Source: a bacterium (GTDB lineage: Bacteria > SM23-31). Taken from it: a stretch of DNA of 64,000 nucleotides. The stretch spans positions 1,440,001 through 1,504,000 of the forward strand of contig OZ252239.1 in the NCBI GenBank assembly GCA_965249485.1, in the 5' to 3' direction. Shown one piece after another: positions 10,059 to 20,904 of this stretch (position 1 is its first letter; each line of letters begins with the position of its first letter). Made by a program: the position numbers and the translations under genes. The notes under the pieces were generated by a model. That model saw only the letters and a program-made list of their open reading frames with translations. It had not been told where the DNA came from and did no database searches.

Positions 10059-12054
10059 ATGAAAATGAAGTTTAAATCGGCCGCACATATTATTGTATTT
10101 ATGGTGATTGTAGCGGCCCCGTATCAGGCACACGGTCAGGAGAATAGTCTTACTCCTGAAATGCTGCTCGATCTGAAAGTTGTTACACAGGTTGCTCTCA
10201 GCCCCCGGGGTGAGGAATATGCTTATGTGTTAAGAGTACCGCGTGCAGATCATGTAGAACCGGGATCAGCATTTGCGACCGAATTATGGATGGGTTCACT
10301 TGAAGGCGATGAGCCGCGTCAGTTTACCTATCAGCCGTTAAATGTTCGGTCAGTGCAGTGGTTTCCTGATGGCGAATATATCGGATTTCTTTCAGCACGC
10401 CGGCATCAGGATGCCCACACACAAGTCTATATGCTCCCCGCTTTCGGCGGTGAAGCGCGCAAATTGACGAGTCACGAGACGTCGATACAGCAATACCGGT
10501 GGTCACCGGACGGAACGAAGATAGCATTCTCCGCATCCGAACCTCTGTCGGGTCAGCATCAAAATGATATTAGTCGGGGCCGCGATTGGACTGTAGTCGA
10601 TGAAGATTACCGTATGACTCATTTATGGGTAATGGACCTTGAACGTGGAACAAGTGAAAGAGTAGTTGGCGAAGACATGCACGTTACGGCATTCGAGTGG
10701 ACGAACGACAGCAAATCATTAGTGTTTCAGGCATCGGAAAAACCGGGAATCGACACTATTTATATGTTCTCGAAAATATTTCATGTAGCAGTTGGAAATG
10801 GTACACCTGAAGTGGTAACACCGACATTCGGCAAGCTCGGTGCAATGAGTACATCCCCCTGACGGAAAACAGCTGGCGTATCTCGGTGCTGTCAGCCATA
10901 ATGATCCGATTGCACAGAGTGTTTTTATAGCGCCGGTTTCTGGTGGAGAATCCAGAAATCTGACCGGCACGTACGAAGGAATGGCGCTTCAGATCAGGTG
11001 GAGTGACAGCGAAACGTTGCTCATGCTTGCGGTCAAGGGCGTACAGACGGTTATTTATGAAATTAATGTTCGTACCGGCAGCCGGAATCAGATTGTTGAA
11101 CCGGGCAACCCAATATTGAGTTCCTTCGATATCCACACAGAATCAGGACGGTTTATGGCTGTCGGACATACGAACGATCATCCTGCAGAAGTGTTCACCG
11201 GAACGACTGGAGAAGGGAAAGCGTTCCGGTTTACCAATCATAATCCGGAATTAGACGACATTGATTTCGGTCGTCAGGAAGCAATAACCTGGAAATCAAA
11301 AGACGGTTGGAATATACAAGGAATACTGACCTTTCCTCTTGATTATGAAGAGGGGAACAGGTATCCGCTTGTGCTGCAGATTCACGGTGGACCGGAAGGA
11401 TACGATATGAACGGCTGGACGACCCGTTCGCTCTATCCCATACAACTTCTTGCTGCCCGGGGGTATATGGTTTTGCAGCCGAATTATCGGGGAAGCGGTG
11501 GACGTGGAGTTGCCTTCAGCAAAGCAGACCATAACGATCTTGGCGGAAAAGAGTTTGATGATGTTCTGTCAGGCATCGATTATCTTATCGATAAAGGGCT
11601 TGTTGATCAGGAGCAAATTGGGACGGGTGGCTGGTCATACGGCGGTTACTTCTCCGGATGGGCCGCAACTCGCTATAGCGAACGGTTTCAAGCAGCGATT
11701 TTCTGTGCAGGGTTGAGTAACTGGATATCTTTTACCGGAACAACCGATATCCCACATGAAATGTCTGCTGTCCATTGGAACTCGTGGTGGTATGATGAAC
11801 CGGAATTACACTGGGAACGTTCACCGATTGCTCATATCGATAATGCCGAAACTCCGACACTTGTCATTCACGGTGCAAACGATGCACGTGTTGCTCCGGG
11901 ACAAAGTCATGAACTTTATACGGCACTCAAGCACAAAGGAATTCCAACGCAGCTTGTTCTTTATCCGCGTGAGGGCCATGGTCTCTCGGAACGGGAACAT
12001 CAGCTTGATTATTTGGAACGGGTGTTTGATTGGTTTGACACATATTTGAAGTAA
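10059..12054 (+). pseudogene. S9 family peptidase (acylaminoacyl/dipeptidyl aminopeptidase), +1 frameshift in C-run 10855-10859
   Basis: Signal peptide and WSPDG propeller repeats. Removing one C gives MSTSPDGKQLAYLGA, which joins the IHGGP, GWSYGG (Ser), D-ARV and EGHG catalytic domain. Confidence 0.88.
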
Positions 12055-12080
12055 ATTACAATAATTAATGATTAACGGAA

Positions 12081-12112
12081 GAGGGCGGACTGCATATAAA
12101 CACTCCGCCCTC
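12081..12112. terminator. Hairpin between convergent genes
   Basis: GAGGGCGGA ... TCCGCCCTC 9-bp inverted repeat. Confidence 0.55.
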
Positions 12113-12171
12113 AATATTTTTGGAAGATGGCATCGTTTGAATTCCAATTCAAAGTTTACGCCAACAAAATC

Positions 12172-13818
12172 TTAGTCTTCGAGCAAAATCTTCATCTCAT
12201 CATCGAGTCCCGTCATTTGCCATCTGATAAGTGATATCGGAATGATGCCCGCAGCGAAGAATTCTTCAAAGAAATCTTTATAATTGAAATCATTACCCAA
12301 TTGGCGTGTCCGCTCGGCGATCAAATTGTTGAGTTGGAATTTTCCGAATACCATACCGAGATGCCATCCGACAAAACGGAGATTGGTTTGCATTTCATAC
12401 CAAACATGGGGGCCGTCGGGAATGAGCCAGCCGTTTGGCGCGCAGGTGACACAATAATCGATTGCCTGCCGCAATGTATAATCGTTATTATGCATTTTTA
12501 AATCGGCAATTGCCCTGCATGTACGGAACGCGGCCTGCCAATAAGCAATTTCCCTTCCGCGTGTCGGCCGGGTATCGAGGTAACCAGCATGCATCATCAT
12601 CTCTTCTAACCAGAATGCCCATCCTTCCATCCTGATCATATCAATCGCGTAGAACCGTTCTGTCCCTCGGATCGGGCTTGTGTCTAACGAATGCCGCTTA
12701 CTGTCGAAATAGTGCCCGATAAATTCGTGTGTCTGTTCCGGGAGTGGTTCACGGTCAGCTGTCTGGTGAAAATAGTCTCTGATTCCGGGCCATGATCCTG
12801 AATCTCCTGAACCCGAAAATCCAGCAAGCGGACTTCTGTGCAGGTATCCTTCAGTGTCAAGCCAATCGGGAATATCGAAGAGCTGTTGCTCCTGCATAAA
12901 TTCCATCGCAAACCTGAGCGCCTGATCACGCCGTCTGCGGTGTTCAGCTTGTGTCGGCACCGGCTGTAATTCGGGGAGATGTTTGTTTCTGTTCCGTTCA
13001 AGGGCAACAGTTGTCAAAATCCTGTCATCCTCACGCATAATTATGCCGTACAATTCATCCCATGTATAGGGAACAAGCTGAACATTCTTCATCCACCAGT
13101 TGTAATTCTCTTTTCCCACACCTGCCTGAGCAGTCATGGTGCCCTGGTTGTCCTTGAGCCATTCACCGTATTCTATAACGGATGCGAGTGCCTGCTGTGC
13201 ATCCTGGAGTAGCTCCGAATGGTGTTCGGCGATTGCGTCACGCAGTCTCCTGTGAAAAGTTATCTCCGCATCCATATAGTGGAGTGCAATGATCAACAGG
13301 TCTGCAGCGCCTTCTGTTAAATTTGATTTTGCCTGTTCGAGAATTATCGGAACAGCCCGCAGTTTCCCCTGCACTTCTTCCAGTTTATCGTCGGGTATAG
13401 GTATTTCATTAATCCGGAGAGCATTGTACCGGACAGGGCCGCCGCCCGCCTGAGTCTGCATATAATAAACCGGATCGCGAGACCATGGTTTAAGGACTCG
13501 TTGATAAAAATCGAGTCCGTTCATCTCCGCACGGACAAGATAATATTCAACTTTTTGTTCAGTGGTCCAACTGCTAATATCCATGGCTGCAAGACGCCGC
13601 TGATACTCCAGCAGGCCGCTTCGCTGTGCGTCGATAGCAGCAGGTGTGTAATCGGGTACCCAGTCTGTCATTTTCGGCTTTTGAAGTTCCCGAAAATCCT
13701 GAAAAAGCTGCACAAGATCGTCATAATCACCCTCGTCAGTTCCAGGAGAATCACCAGCCGGAGCGCAGAAAACATATACTAAAACAAAACACAATAGCAT
13801 AAATAGTCGCAATCGCAT
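12172..13818 (-). CDS. DUF885 family protein (exported, probable metallopeptidase fold)
   Basis: THEFIGH and EGWAFWLEEMM motifs; C-terminal GKFQL...LGNDFNYKDFFEEFFAAGIIPISLIRW typical of DUF885. Confidence 0.8.
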   Translation of the reverse strand: MRLRLFMLLCFVLVYVFCAPAGDSPGTDEGDYDDLVQLFQDFRELQKPKMTDWVPDYTPAAIDAQRSGLLEYQRRLAAMDISSWTTEQKVEYYLVRAEMNGLDFYQRVLKPWSRDPVYYMQTQAGGGPVRYNALRINEIPIPDDKLEEVQGKLRAVPIILEQAKSNLTEGAADLLIIALHYMDAEITFHRRLRDAIAEHHSELLQDAQQALASVIEYGEWLKDNQGTMTAQAGVGKENYNWWMKNVQLVPYTWDELYGIIMREDDRILTTVALERNRNKHLPELQPVPTQAEHRRRRDQALRFAMEFMQEQQLFDIPDWLDTEGYLHRSPLAGFSGSGDSGSWPGIRDYFHQTADREPLPEQTHEFIGHYFDSKRHSLDTSPIRGTERFYAIDMIRMEGWAFWLEEMMMHAGYLDTRPTRGREIAYWQAAFRTCRAIADLKMHNNDYTLRQAIDYCVTCAPNGWLIPDGPHVWYEMQTNLRFVGWHLGMVFGKFQLNNLIAERTRQLGNDFNYKDFFEEFFAAGIIPISLIRWQMTGLDDEMKILLED

Positions 13819-13945
13819 ACAAAAACCTCCTTACTCAGTTATTTCATACTTAGCATTTTATGGAATAATTATATTACCACAACATAATCAACTGATACTC
13901 AATATCAGACTTCTTTATAAGACGGTCTGCTCAAACTGCTATAGT

Positions 13946-15592
13946 CTAATAATACCAATATGATTCAAAATCGGTCTCAAGACCGGTCATTTCCCATCGG
14001 ATAAGAGAAAATGGAATCGAACCTTTCTTGAAAAATTCATCCATGAATTCTTTCAAAACAAAATCGTCTCCAAGCTGGTTCGATCGGTCGGTCAGGAGTT
14101 TCAGAAATTGCTGTTTACCGATGTGCATACCGGTATGCCAACCGGGATGCCGGAGTGTCGTCTCGGTTTCGTACCACACTTCGTGGCCATCGGGCAGTGT
14201 CCAGCCGAATGGTGTTTTCTCCACAAAAAAATTGCTGGCTTCTTCCAGATTAAAGTCATTGCTGTGCAGTTTCAGGTCGGTAATAGAGCGGACTGCGCGG
14301 AAGGCCATAGCGATATAGTTCAACTCACGCCCACGGGGATTGTCCTTAAAGAGCCCTGCATTCATAAGAAATCCTTCTAATGCATACGCCATACCCTCGT
14401 GCCGGATCATATCCATTGCAAAGAGGCGGTTTGCCCCCCGGATGGGGCGGGTATCGCGGGCATCACGCATTCCATCGATTGCGTGGCCGATAAAGTTGTG
14501 GCTCCTCATGTGGAGCGGTAACCGGTCTTTACTTTGCTCAAAAAAGTCACGGGCGGTACCGTACTGGCGCACACTGTTCAATGCCCAGGGAGTGTCGGTA
14601 ACCGGCTCAACATATTCGGGAATAGTGAACAGATCGTTTTTTTCGATAAACCTTAGGAGATACTGCTGATACAAATTATCGAGCCGATGATACTCTGCTT
14701 CACTTTGGACGATGGTCAACTCCGGCAGATTCCTGTTGCGGTGTTGTTCTATTTCTAACAGCGCCATTGAACGGTCATACTCGTGCTCGGCAATCGTTAA
14801 GAGCTGACCCCATGTATATGGCAACAACTGAACTTCACGCATCCACCATTCGTAGTTTCTTTCGCCGATACCTGCAGGCTCAGTCATCGATTCGACATTT
14901 TCTTCCAGCCATGTTCCGTACCCCTCTACAGAGGATATTGCTCCATTGACAAGTTCAATGAGTTCGGGATGAAAATCCCTCAAACGCTCGCCTAACCTGC
15001 TGTACAACCGGATCTCTTCATCAAGAAAATGGAGCGCGATCCGTGCAAGATCACCCGATGCTTCGGTCAAATTGCGCTTTGCCTGTTCATAGATAGCAGG
15101 AACAGCTTTAAGGTTGGTCCTGACATTTTCTAATTCTTCTACTGATAGCGGCACTTCACCGACCCGAATTCCTCCGTAATTAGCGGGGCCGGCTCCTCTC
15201 TGAGACTGGAGATAAAAGACCGGGTCCCTTGACCACGGTTTTAAAACACGGTGATAAAAGTCGAGACCGTTCATCTCAGATTCAACAATTTTATAGTCTA
15301 CTTGCTGAGCTATCGGCCAGTCTGAGGAGTTGATGGCATTCAGCCGTTCAAACAGAGTGATAAGGCCCAGACGTTGTGACCGTATTGCATCAGGCATATA
15401 GTCGGGGACACCGTCAGTAATTACGGGTTTTTCAAATTCTCTGAATTCATGAAAAAGGATGATAAGATCGTCGTAACTACTGCTCGGAATGATAGGTGTT
15501 ATGGTTGTTTCACTAGATTGCTGTGTACATGCCATACCAAACACAACGATGAAAAGCAAATATGCAATACAAGTGCGATATATCAAAATCAT
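13946..15592 (-). CDS. DUF885 family lipoprotein, paralog of the adjacent gene
   Basis: FGMAC lipobox. Shares EMNGLDFY.RVLKPWSRDPV, PDG..VWYE and SLIRW.MTGL with 12172..13818. Confidence 0.8.
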   Translation of the reverse strand: MILIYRTCIAYLLFIVVFGMACTQQSSETTITPIIPSSSYDDLIILFHEFREFEKPVITDGVPDYMPDAIRSQRLGLITLFERLNAINSSDWPIAQQVDYKIVESEMNGLDFYHRVLKPWSRDPVFYLQSQRGAGPANYGGIRVGEVPLSVEELENVRTNLKAVPAIYEQAKRNLTEASGDLARIALHFLDEEIRLYSRLGERLRDFHPELIELVNGAISSVEGYGTWLEENVESMTEPAGIGERNYEWWMREVQLLPYTWGQLLTIAEHEYDRSMALLEIEQHRNRNLPELTIVQSEAEYHRLDNLYQQYLLRFIEKNDLFTIPEYVEPVTDTPWALNSVRQYGTARDFFEQSKDRLPLHMRSHNFIGHAIDGMRDARDTRPIRGANRLFAMDMIRHEGMAYALEGFLMNAGLFKDNPRGRELNYIAMAFRAVRSITDLKLHSNDFNLEEASNFFVEKTPFGWTLPDGHEVWYETETTLRHPGWHTGMHIGKQQFLKLLTDRSNQLGDDFVLKEFMDEFFKKGSIPFSLIRWEMTGLETDFESYWYY

Positions 15593-15963
15593 GAAAATCC
15601 TCTATTGACTGGGAAATATCATTCATGTTCGAGATTATTGTATCCGAACATCTGGATTACGTGAAGAGCCCGGAACACCGGCAGCATCTTCGGTGGAATT
15701 AAGCATTGTAGTTATGTGTTTTGCGATGGATCTGTGAATAGGTGGTACGGCTAATAATTATGTTGCCAGACTGAAATGTGAATATGAAAAGATAGTATTG
15801 TGACTGGTCTATGCTCCGGTTGTGGTTTTGCATAAATGTTACTCATTTCATTACCGAATGACAAGAAAAAAGTAACGATTCTGTACAATATTAGTACAGT
15901 GAAAGAAAAATTATATTCAATTTAGATTCTGTTACTGCAGGTTGAAAAATTGACCCTGGAAAA

Positions 15964-17358
15964 CTACCACTCTTCACCGATGAGATAAGTAAGAATAGCC
16001 ATACCTGCGGCGCCGAGTTCAAATTCCCGGGGATTAATTGCTTCGAAAACGTCACTTTCGGTATGGTGATAGTTGAAATAGCGCTGGCCGTCAACTTTTA
16101 AGCCGATCAGTGCCTGCGTATTTTGAATATGCTCGACATCGCCGCCACTCTGACCAAGCTCGATTATTTCGATTCCTGCCGCTTTCAAATAGGGGAGAAA
16201 TGCTTCGAGTCTTTCAACCGCTTCGGGTTGCTCGACCGTTAATCCCCGTGGTGAAAACGAACCGTTATCCGATTCGATACCAGCAACATGTGTTTCGTCA
16301 CGGAGAGCGGCGAGCTCGGCGAATACAATACCTCCATGATGGCCCCGCTCTTCATTCGCAAACAGCACAACACGAATTGTCTTCTTCGGGCGAATATTAA
16401 GACGATTATAAAGGTCGACCACCTCCAAAGCTTGCATACATCCGCCGCCATCATCATGAGCACCGGTTCCTTTATCCCAGCTATCCAGATGCCCTCCGAC
16501 TACGATAACCTGATCGTCCTGCTCTCCACGGAGGTCTCCGACCACATTGAACGACTCGGCGTTTGGAAGGTTGTGTGCAGAGAGTTGGAGACGAATTTGC
16601 AGTTCTGGGTCTTGCCTCAGAACTTCACTGAGAAAATCAGCATCCTGTACACCGACTGCAACAGCAGGAATCTTTGTAACGTCGTCTTCATACGAAGTAT
16701 TGCCCGTATGTGGAACGTTGTCATTTGAAAGCGTAAGCGATCTAAGGATATAGCCGACAGCGCCAAGTTTTGAGGCTGTATTGGGGCCGGCCGTCCGCAT
16801 TGGATACGCCAAAAAGTAGGCAGTAAACGTGCTGAATTCTCCGGCGGGAAGCCTGCCATTCATGAACACTATTTTTCCCGCAGCATCATCTCCGAGAGCC
16901 TGGAGTTCTTCCAATGACTCAACTTGTATCACGTGGGCGGTGACACCTTGTGCCGGTGTGCCTTCAGTGCCCCCGATAGCGGCCACGCGTAACTCTCTTC
17001 CCCGGAATAAACGAGATGATACTATTGACGCTCTTTCAACCGATCCGCGCACCCAATGTGGAACCATCACCGTCTGCAAATGGACATTTTCGAGGCCAAG
17101 ATCATTCATTTTTGCCTCAGCCCATTGTATGGCTTGCAGTCCCTGCTCTGAACCCGCAAGACGTGGTCCTATATCTGTCAGTTCATGCAGCCACTCGTAA
17201 CCCCGCTGATCCTCAAGTGCAGTCCTGACGAAACGGTTTGCGGTCTCTAAATACGTTTCGTTTATAGCAATGTCACCGTTGACTGAACAGTGTACGTTCA
17301 TAAAGACTAAAGTAAAAAGAATTAAAAGTATGTTTGTATAATAATGAGACTGTCTCAT
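15964..17358 (-). CDS. M28 family peptidase, carboxypeptidase Q-like, with PA domain
   Basis: IGPRLAGS, GGHLDSWD, GAHDDGGG, NEERG, ESD and YHHT zinc-ligand motifs; GGAG RBS before the ATG at 17358. Confidence 0.9.
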   Translation of the reverse strand: MRQSHYYTNILLILFTLVFMNVHCSVNGDIAINETYLETANRFVRTALEDQRGYEWLHELTDIGPRLAGSEQGLQAIQWAEAKMNDLGLENVHLQTVMVPHWVRGSVERASIVSSRLFRGRELRVAAIGGTEGTPAQGVTAHVIQVESLEELQALGDDAAGKIVFMNGRLPAGEFSTFTAYFLAYPMRTAGPNTASKLGAVGYILRSLTLSNDNVPHTGNTSYEDDVTKIPAVAVGVQDADFLSEVLRQDPELQIRLQLSAHNLPNAESFNVVGDLRGEQDDQVIVVGGHLDSWDKGTGAHDDGGGCMQALEVVDLYNRLNIRPKKTIRVVLFANEERGHHGGIVFAELAALRDETHVAGIESDNGSFSPRGLTVEQPEAVERLEAFLPYLKAAGIEIIELGQSGGDVEHIQNTQALIGLKVDGQRYFNYHHTESDVFEAINPREFELGAAGMAILTYLIGEEW

Positions 17359-17593
17359 ACTGTCTCCAGTCGGATTGATTGTGTGTTGTATTTGGAAAGA
17401 ATTCAAATGTAAGTCGGATGCAAAAAGATAGTGTCTTTAAGAGTAATAGTCAAATGTTAATTCTGCTTAAATATGAGTGTCATTTTTAGTATCTTGAAAC
17501 ACTTTGTTCATATTTTACTGATTGTAAACTCATAATTTTGCTCGAATATATCCTGATGGATTTATACTCGGACTTTCTATTACATGACGATTC

Positions 17594-17776
17594 TCACACG
17601 GGATGGTAATGCCAGACCGACAGCGGTGTGAATCCGGGATTTTTTCTGACATGTACAACATCACAATTCCTGGCACCGACATTTGCTGCTAATGCAGATG
17701 TGACAGCCCATTTACCACCTTTGCCGTCACTAAATTCACGCGAAGGATGTGTGTCCCAATGTACAATATGCGCCAT
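17594..17776 (-). pseudogene. Probable truncated cupin-domain gene fragment
   Basis: AGGA RBS and ATG. The ORF ends at PG....WHYHPV*ES, the start of a cupin HxH motif. Confidence 0.4.
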
Positions 17777-17974
17777 AATTATTCCTATTATTAAGTACCC
17801 GTCGTACGGTAAAAATTAATTAAAGAAACTAAGATGGAATTGAGATATTTATGTACGTTACAATAAAAGTAAAATGAATAAACGCTTTTCTAATAAAATA
17901 GCAACTATTTAATAAATATTGAATATTTTTATTATTTAAATAGTATTCTTATATTATGTGTTAATTACACGACC

Positions 17975-19093
17975 ATGTATCGCCATATCAGCTTAAACAA
18001 AAGCCTCTTTATGTACAGTCTCTACCGTAATTTAGAACTTACTGCTCTTACTATTTTTATTATTTCAGTATTTGTGCCCACCATTCCTGCAGTAGGGCAA
18101 AATGCAATTACCATAGGAGACGTTAGCACATTGATCGATGAGAAACTGTCGGGATCAATCAATGTAGCGATCGGTACGGAAGGACCAGAATTTCAAGTGC
18201 CGTTCACGATTATCAATGGTGTGAATGAGGGCCCCGTTATTGCTCTAACAGCCGATTTGTTGGATAGAGACAATCCACCCTTCAACGCATTGCAGGAAAT
18301 TATTGAATCCCTTGATCCGAAACGCCTTTCGGGCACAGTCATTGTTCTTAATTCGGTCACAACATCATCTTTTCTCCGAAGAAAAATCTATCACAATCCG
18401 TTTGAAGGGTTAAATCTAAACCGGGTATATCCCGGAAAAGCATCGGGAAGTATCGGAGAACGAATTACCTACAGGATTCGGGAAGAAATTATTGACAGGA
18501 GTGACTATCTCATCGATTTTCACTGTATTGATGTCAACGAAGGGCTCATTGCATTTGTATCCTGTCCTAACCGTGGAAATCCCTTCGTTGTATACAATTC
18601 CCGTGATCTTGCCTATAGTATGGGATTAGATGTAGTTTTGAATAAACATTACACTCCTCATGATCCTGAAGCTGCAATTGGTTTAGGATATGAAGCATTC
18701 ACATCGGGTAAACCGTCGATAACAGTTGTTGCCGGCGAACCGGCAAAACCCGATCTCGAGACTGAGAGGGTAATAATTGAAGGGATTACCAATGTATTAA
18801 TGCATCTGGAGATGATTGAAGGTAAGCCAGACCGGACATTCGGTCAAATATGGGTTCAGAGAATTAGTTACCTGAAATCAGAACTTTCAGGTGATTTTAT
18901 TCCGCTTGTGGATCCGGGTGCATTGATTCAACGAGGAGATGTGGTCGGCCATATCCAGGACTCTATGAACTCAGTTGTTCAGAAGATAACCGCACCTCAT
19001 GACGGGATAGTCCATTTTATCCAAATTAACTCATGGTTCGAAAAAGGTTCTCCGCTCGTAGCAATCGGGGAACTCGCGCAGCAAAGGGATTAA
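17975..19093 (+). CDS. Succinylglutamate desuccinylase/aspartoacylase (M14-like) family protein with a degenerate active site
   Basis: LSGTVI, NLNRVYPG, YLIDFH and a C-terminal barrel-sandwich hybrid (APHDGIV). The HGDE zinc motif is replaced by LLDRD. Confidence 0.75.
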   Translation: MYRHISLNKSLFMYSLYRNLELTALTIFIISVFVPTIPAVGQNAITIGDVSTLIDEKLSGSINVAIGTEGPEFQVPFTIINGVNEGPVIALTADLLDRDNPPFNALQEIIESLDPKRLSGTVIVLNSVTTSSFLRRKIYHNPFEGLNLNRVYPGKASGSIGERITYRIREEIIDRSDYLIDFHCIDVNEGLIAFVSCPNRGNPFVVYNSRDLAYSMGLDVVLNKHYTPHDPEAAIGLGYEAFTSGKPSITVVAGEPAKPDLETERVIIEGITNVLMHLEMIEGKPDRTFGQIWVQRISYLKSELSGDFIPLVDPGALIQRGDVVGHIQDSMNSVVQKITAPHDGIVHFIQINSWFEKGSPLVAIGELAQQRD

Positions 19094-19148
19094 GTACATA
19101 GATGATGTGGCATTAATAGAATCTCACTCCTTTAGAAGGAACACATTT

Positions 19149-20630
19149 ATGAAGTCACGCATTTTCATGAGTCGATCTTTTGTGTACTGGGTGGGTGCGA
19201 TGGCTATTGGGATTTATGTGTTTATCGGCTGTGCTCGGCAACGACAGCTTACGGCACCTGTTTTCATCACATTGAATGATGCGGAAAGGACTATTTCCAA
19301 TGAAGCAAGTATAGAACATCTTGAAGAAGTTGTCACATTTTTTGAAGATACCCTCGAAAGTATTTCTGCCCAGAATGAACCTGTCCTTTATTCTCGAGTC
19401 AAAAATAACATCGGAATTTCCTACAATATTTTATCAAAAAGAGGAAACACTGAAGATAATCTAATTAAAGCGGTCAATGCATTTGAAGACGCACTTCCTT
19501 ATAGATCGGTCGAAAAATATCCAATTGCTTATGGCATGACGAATAATTATCTAGGAGTTACGTATGCGGGATTATCTGAGATACGATATAAAGAAGAAAA
19601 TCTGACCAAGGCAATACTTCTCTATAATGAATCATTACAGGTTTTTTCACGTGAAAATTATCCACTAAATTACGCTTCCATCAAAAACAATCTTGGTGCT
19701 GCCTATGGGGATCTGGCAAAAGTGCGAGATATGGAAGAAAACCTGATATTAGCTATTGATGCTTATAATGAAGCGCTCTCTATACGGACAAAAAGTGAAT
19801 ATCCAAGAGCCTATGCAATTACGCAGAATAATCTCGGTACAGTGCACGTAGCATTTGCCAATTTACAGAATAAAGAAGCGAATCTAACACGCGCAATTGA
19901 AGCCTATGATGAGGCGCTTTCAATATCTACCAAAAATGAATATCCACTCGATTATGCAGCAACAAAGAACAATCTTGGAAATGCTTATGTTGAATTAGCG
20001 GATATTTCCAGAAAAGGGTATTATTTGGATTTAGCGGTAAATGCTTTCTATGAGGCTCTCAATATTTATGATGATGAAGAAATTATAGAAAATTATGCAC
20101 TAACCCTCAATAATCTCGGTGCCACGTTCAGTAATTTATCAGAAGTGCGTGATGCAGAAACAAATTTATTAAAAGCAATCAATGTATATGATACTTTGTT
20201 AGATATCTATACATTAGATGAATATCCATTGAAATATGCTTCTACGCATAACGATCTCGGTAATGCGTATGTAACTCTCTATGCGTTTTATACATCGAGA
20301 AGTGTGCGGGTCTTTGGATCATTTAATTATTCGAACAAAGTTGAAAGTTCTTTCTATATTAGTCGTGCAATTGATAGCTATCAGGATGCACTCAAAATCA
20401 GAACAAAAAACGAATATCCAGTTGATTATGCCTTCACCCAAAACAATCTCGGTACTGCATACAAGTATCTTGCAGATGTACAGTACAAAGAAGAAAATAT
20501 TACGAGCGCATTTCATGCTTATAAGGAAGCATTAGAGATCTTTACACTTGAAGATTATCCCACTTTTCATCAGGAGATTAATATTAATCTCGAAGAATTG
20601 ACACAACAAAATAAGTTCCAATTGAAATAA
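19149..20630 (+). CDS. Tetratricopeptide-repeat lipoprotein
   Basis: VFIGC lipobox; eight ~47-aa repeats of the form YPxxYAxTxNNLGxAY...ENLxxAIxAYxEAL. Confidence 0.85.
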   Translation: MKSRIFMSRSFVYWVGAMAIGIYVFIGCARQRQLTAPVFITLNDAERTISNEASIEHLEEVVTFFEDTLESISAQNEPVLYSRVKNNIGISYNILSKRGNTEDNLIKAVNAFEDALPYRSVEKYPIAYGMTNNYLGVTYAGLSEIRYKEENLTKAILLYNESLQVFSRENYPLNYASIKNNLGAAYGDLAKVRDMEENLILAIDAYNEALSIRTKSEYPRAYAITQNNLGTVHVAFANLQNKEANLTRAIEAYDEALSISTKNEYPLDYAATKNNLGNAYVELADISRKGYYLDLAVNAFYEALNIYDDEEIIENYALTLNNLGATFSNLSEVRDAETNLLKAINVYDTLLDIYTLDEYPLKYASTHNDLGNAYVTLYAFYTSRSVRVFGSFNYSNKVESSFYISRAIDSYQDALKIRTKNEYPVDYAFTQNNLGTAYKYLADVQYKEENITSAFHAYKEALEIFTLEDYPTFHQEININLEELTQQNKFQLK

Positions 20631-20904
20631 AAACATTTGAAAAAGCGCTAAAAATATTCACAGAAGAGAAAAATATAATAAAAACATATATAGAAAACCT
20701 CGCGTGATCAGCATATGTCTGTACATACCAATGTATTTTAATCTGTTCGGATATAAATTGCAAAATGGTGTAGGTACCATTTCAACCTCTTGCAGTCTCA
20801 CAAACTCCGTATGACAAATAATTTTCTTGCAGAAAATTCAACGATTCCGTACGTTGTTAGTTCTCTCCTTTTAACATTTTCGAGATGTAGTGAGGTAATT
20901 ACTG

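Noticed and set aside
15600..15960. Possible gene remnant between the DUF885 and M28 genes
   Set aside because: The frames I translated were short and gave nothing recognisable.
19380..20560. Recurring AATAATCTCGGT-like DNA words as a CRISPR or DNA repeat array
   Set aside because: They are the NNLG codons of the 47-aa TPR repeats within an ORF; no cas genes are present.
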